Shown here piece after piece: positions 63,158 to 64,000 of a stretch of 64,000 nucleotides of DNA (its first letter is position 1; each line of letters opens with the position of its first letter). The position numbers and the translations under genes were made by a program. The DNA lies in NCBI GenBank assembly GCA_963762255.1, contig CAVXKA010000002.1, forward strand, positions 672,001-736,000, given 5' to 3'. The notes under the pieces were generated by a model that saw only the letters and a program-made list of their open reading frames with translations, was not told the origin of the DNA and ran no database searches. This DNA is from Candidatus Eiseniibacteriota bacterium (GTDB taxonomy: Bacteria; Eisenbacteria; RBG-16-71-46; JABDJR01).

Positions 63158-63243
63158 CAGCCGGCTGTGGCGCTTGAGGATGACGTTCAAGACCTCCGCC
63201 GGGGGCCTTGCGGGGGCGCGAGCCGGTTTGCGCGTGGTGCGAC

Positions 63244-64000
63244 CTACGGCAAGAACTTCTCCGGGTGCGCCAGCTTCTCCGGCAGGTAGGTCTCGATCAC
63301 GTAGTTGAGCCCGTGCTTGGCCAGCGCCTGCTGCTCGGCGCGCACCCCCATGCGGATCAGCTGCTCGAGCGCCCGCTGCCACTCGCGTGGTGCTGGACGA
63401 ACGGGTCGTTCTTGAGCGCGTCCTGCGCGCGCTTGACGTCCACGTCCTTCAGCGGGTGCGTCGGCAGCTCGTAGTCGATGATGTCCTGCGGCGTGACGCC
63501 GAGGAACCGCGCCTGCGGCACGCAGAAGAACTCGTTCAGGTGCGCGGCGTTGCCCGAGCCGACCTTGAGCGTGCGGTAGATGTTCATGAAGCCGTAGGGG
63601 TCGCCGTCGACGAAGACGTAGACCGGGATCTTCTTCTCGTCGGCCAGCCGGCGGATGAAGCGCCGGCACGCGCGCGTCGGCACGCCGCCCATCGACACCA
63701 GGATGCAGTTGGCCTCGTGCCAGTAGTTGTGCTTGACCAGCCGCTGGAACATGCCGGCGGTCTCGATGACGAGGATGAACTTCGCCTTGGTCTCGAACTC
63801 GAGGTGCTCGACCGAGATCGGGATCGAATAGGCGCCGCTGCCGAACTTCGTGCAGTCGATGCGCAGCGTCTTGCCGGTGTCGCGGTCGCGGTCGATGACC
63901 ACGAGCTGGCCGGCCACCTCGCCGCCCTTCTCCTCGGGGATGAAGCCGAGCTGCTCGCGGTTCACCGCGAAGAGCGCCTCCACGTCGTCCATCACCGTGT
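63244..64000 (-). CDS. top6A: DNA topoisomerase VI subunit A (Spo11-like), 5' end beyond the window; apparent 1-nt deletion near 63387
   Basis: TOPRIM motifs VIETAGMFQRL, GGVPTRACRRF, FVDGDPYG and LGVTPQDI…EQQAL. The paralogous tail at 52903-53170 has the missing base. Confidence 0.88.
   Translation of the reverse strand, partial: HGDGRRGGALRGEPRAARLHPRGEGRRGGRPARGHRPRPRHRQDAAHRLHEVRQRRLFDPDLGRAPRVRDQGEVHPRHRDRRHVPAAGQAQLLARGQLHPGVDGRRADARVPALHPPAGRREEDPGLRLRRRRPLRLHEHLPHAQGRLGQRRAPERVLLRAAGAVPRRHAAGHHRLRAADAPAEGRGRQARAGRAQERPVRPAPREWQRALEQLIRMGVRAEQQALAKHGLNYVIETYLPEKLAHPEKFLP

Larger units (their letters stand above)
53171..63243. mobile_element. Genomic island inserted at the topo VI A 3' end; no integrase present
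   Basis: Bounded by the duplicated gene tail. Carries accessory CHAT and hydrolase genes. Codon usage appears more A/T-ending by eye, especially in 59501-63157. Confidence 0.75.

Noticed and set aside
53171-63243. Prophage, transposon or gasdermin locus
   Set aside because: No integrase, transposase, phage structural gene or recognisable gasdermin was found.

Overview
A GC-rich bacterial chromosomal window. Secreted proteins with T9SS-type C-terminal domains and several GT-C/TPR proteins suggest an FCB-group lineage such as Eisenbacteria or Krumholzibacteria (inference). From left to right it holds: a truncated FG-GAP protein; a tightly coupled operon alaX-ptpS-folE-SDR-gnd-zwf-opcA-pgl, which joins a biopterin-type pathway to the oxidative pentose phosphate pathway; HIT, GT-C and TPR/barrel genes; pruA, an M28 peptidase, a GT2, a kinase and a DHS-like gene; a double-length tyrosine phenol-lyase whose two halves keep complementary active-site residues; TMTC-like and ArnT-like glycosyltransferases; a heavily frameshifted RND pump; a B12 radical SAM enzyme; an ABC-F ATPase; a surface-polysaccharide cluster; and msrB. 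At the right end, a ~10 kb island with no integrase (53171-63243) lies between two diverged ~268-bp copies of the 3' end of a topoisomerase VI subunit A gene. It carries two CHAT (caspase-like) proteases, one fused to a STAND NTPase and TPRs, plus two alpha/beta-hydrolases and a secreted unknown. This island is the best candidate for an undescribed defence or cell-death system. No rRNA, tRNA or CRISPR array was seen. All calls come from motif reading by eye; no database searches were run.
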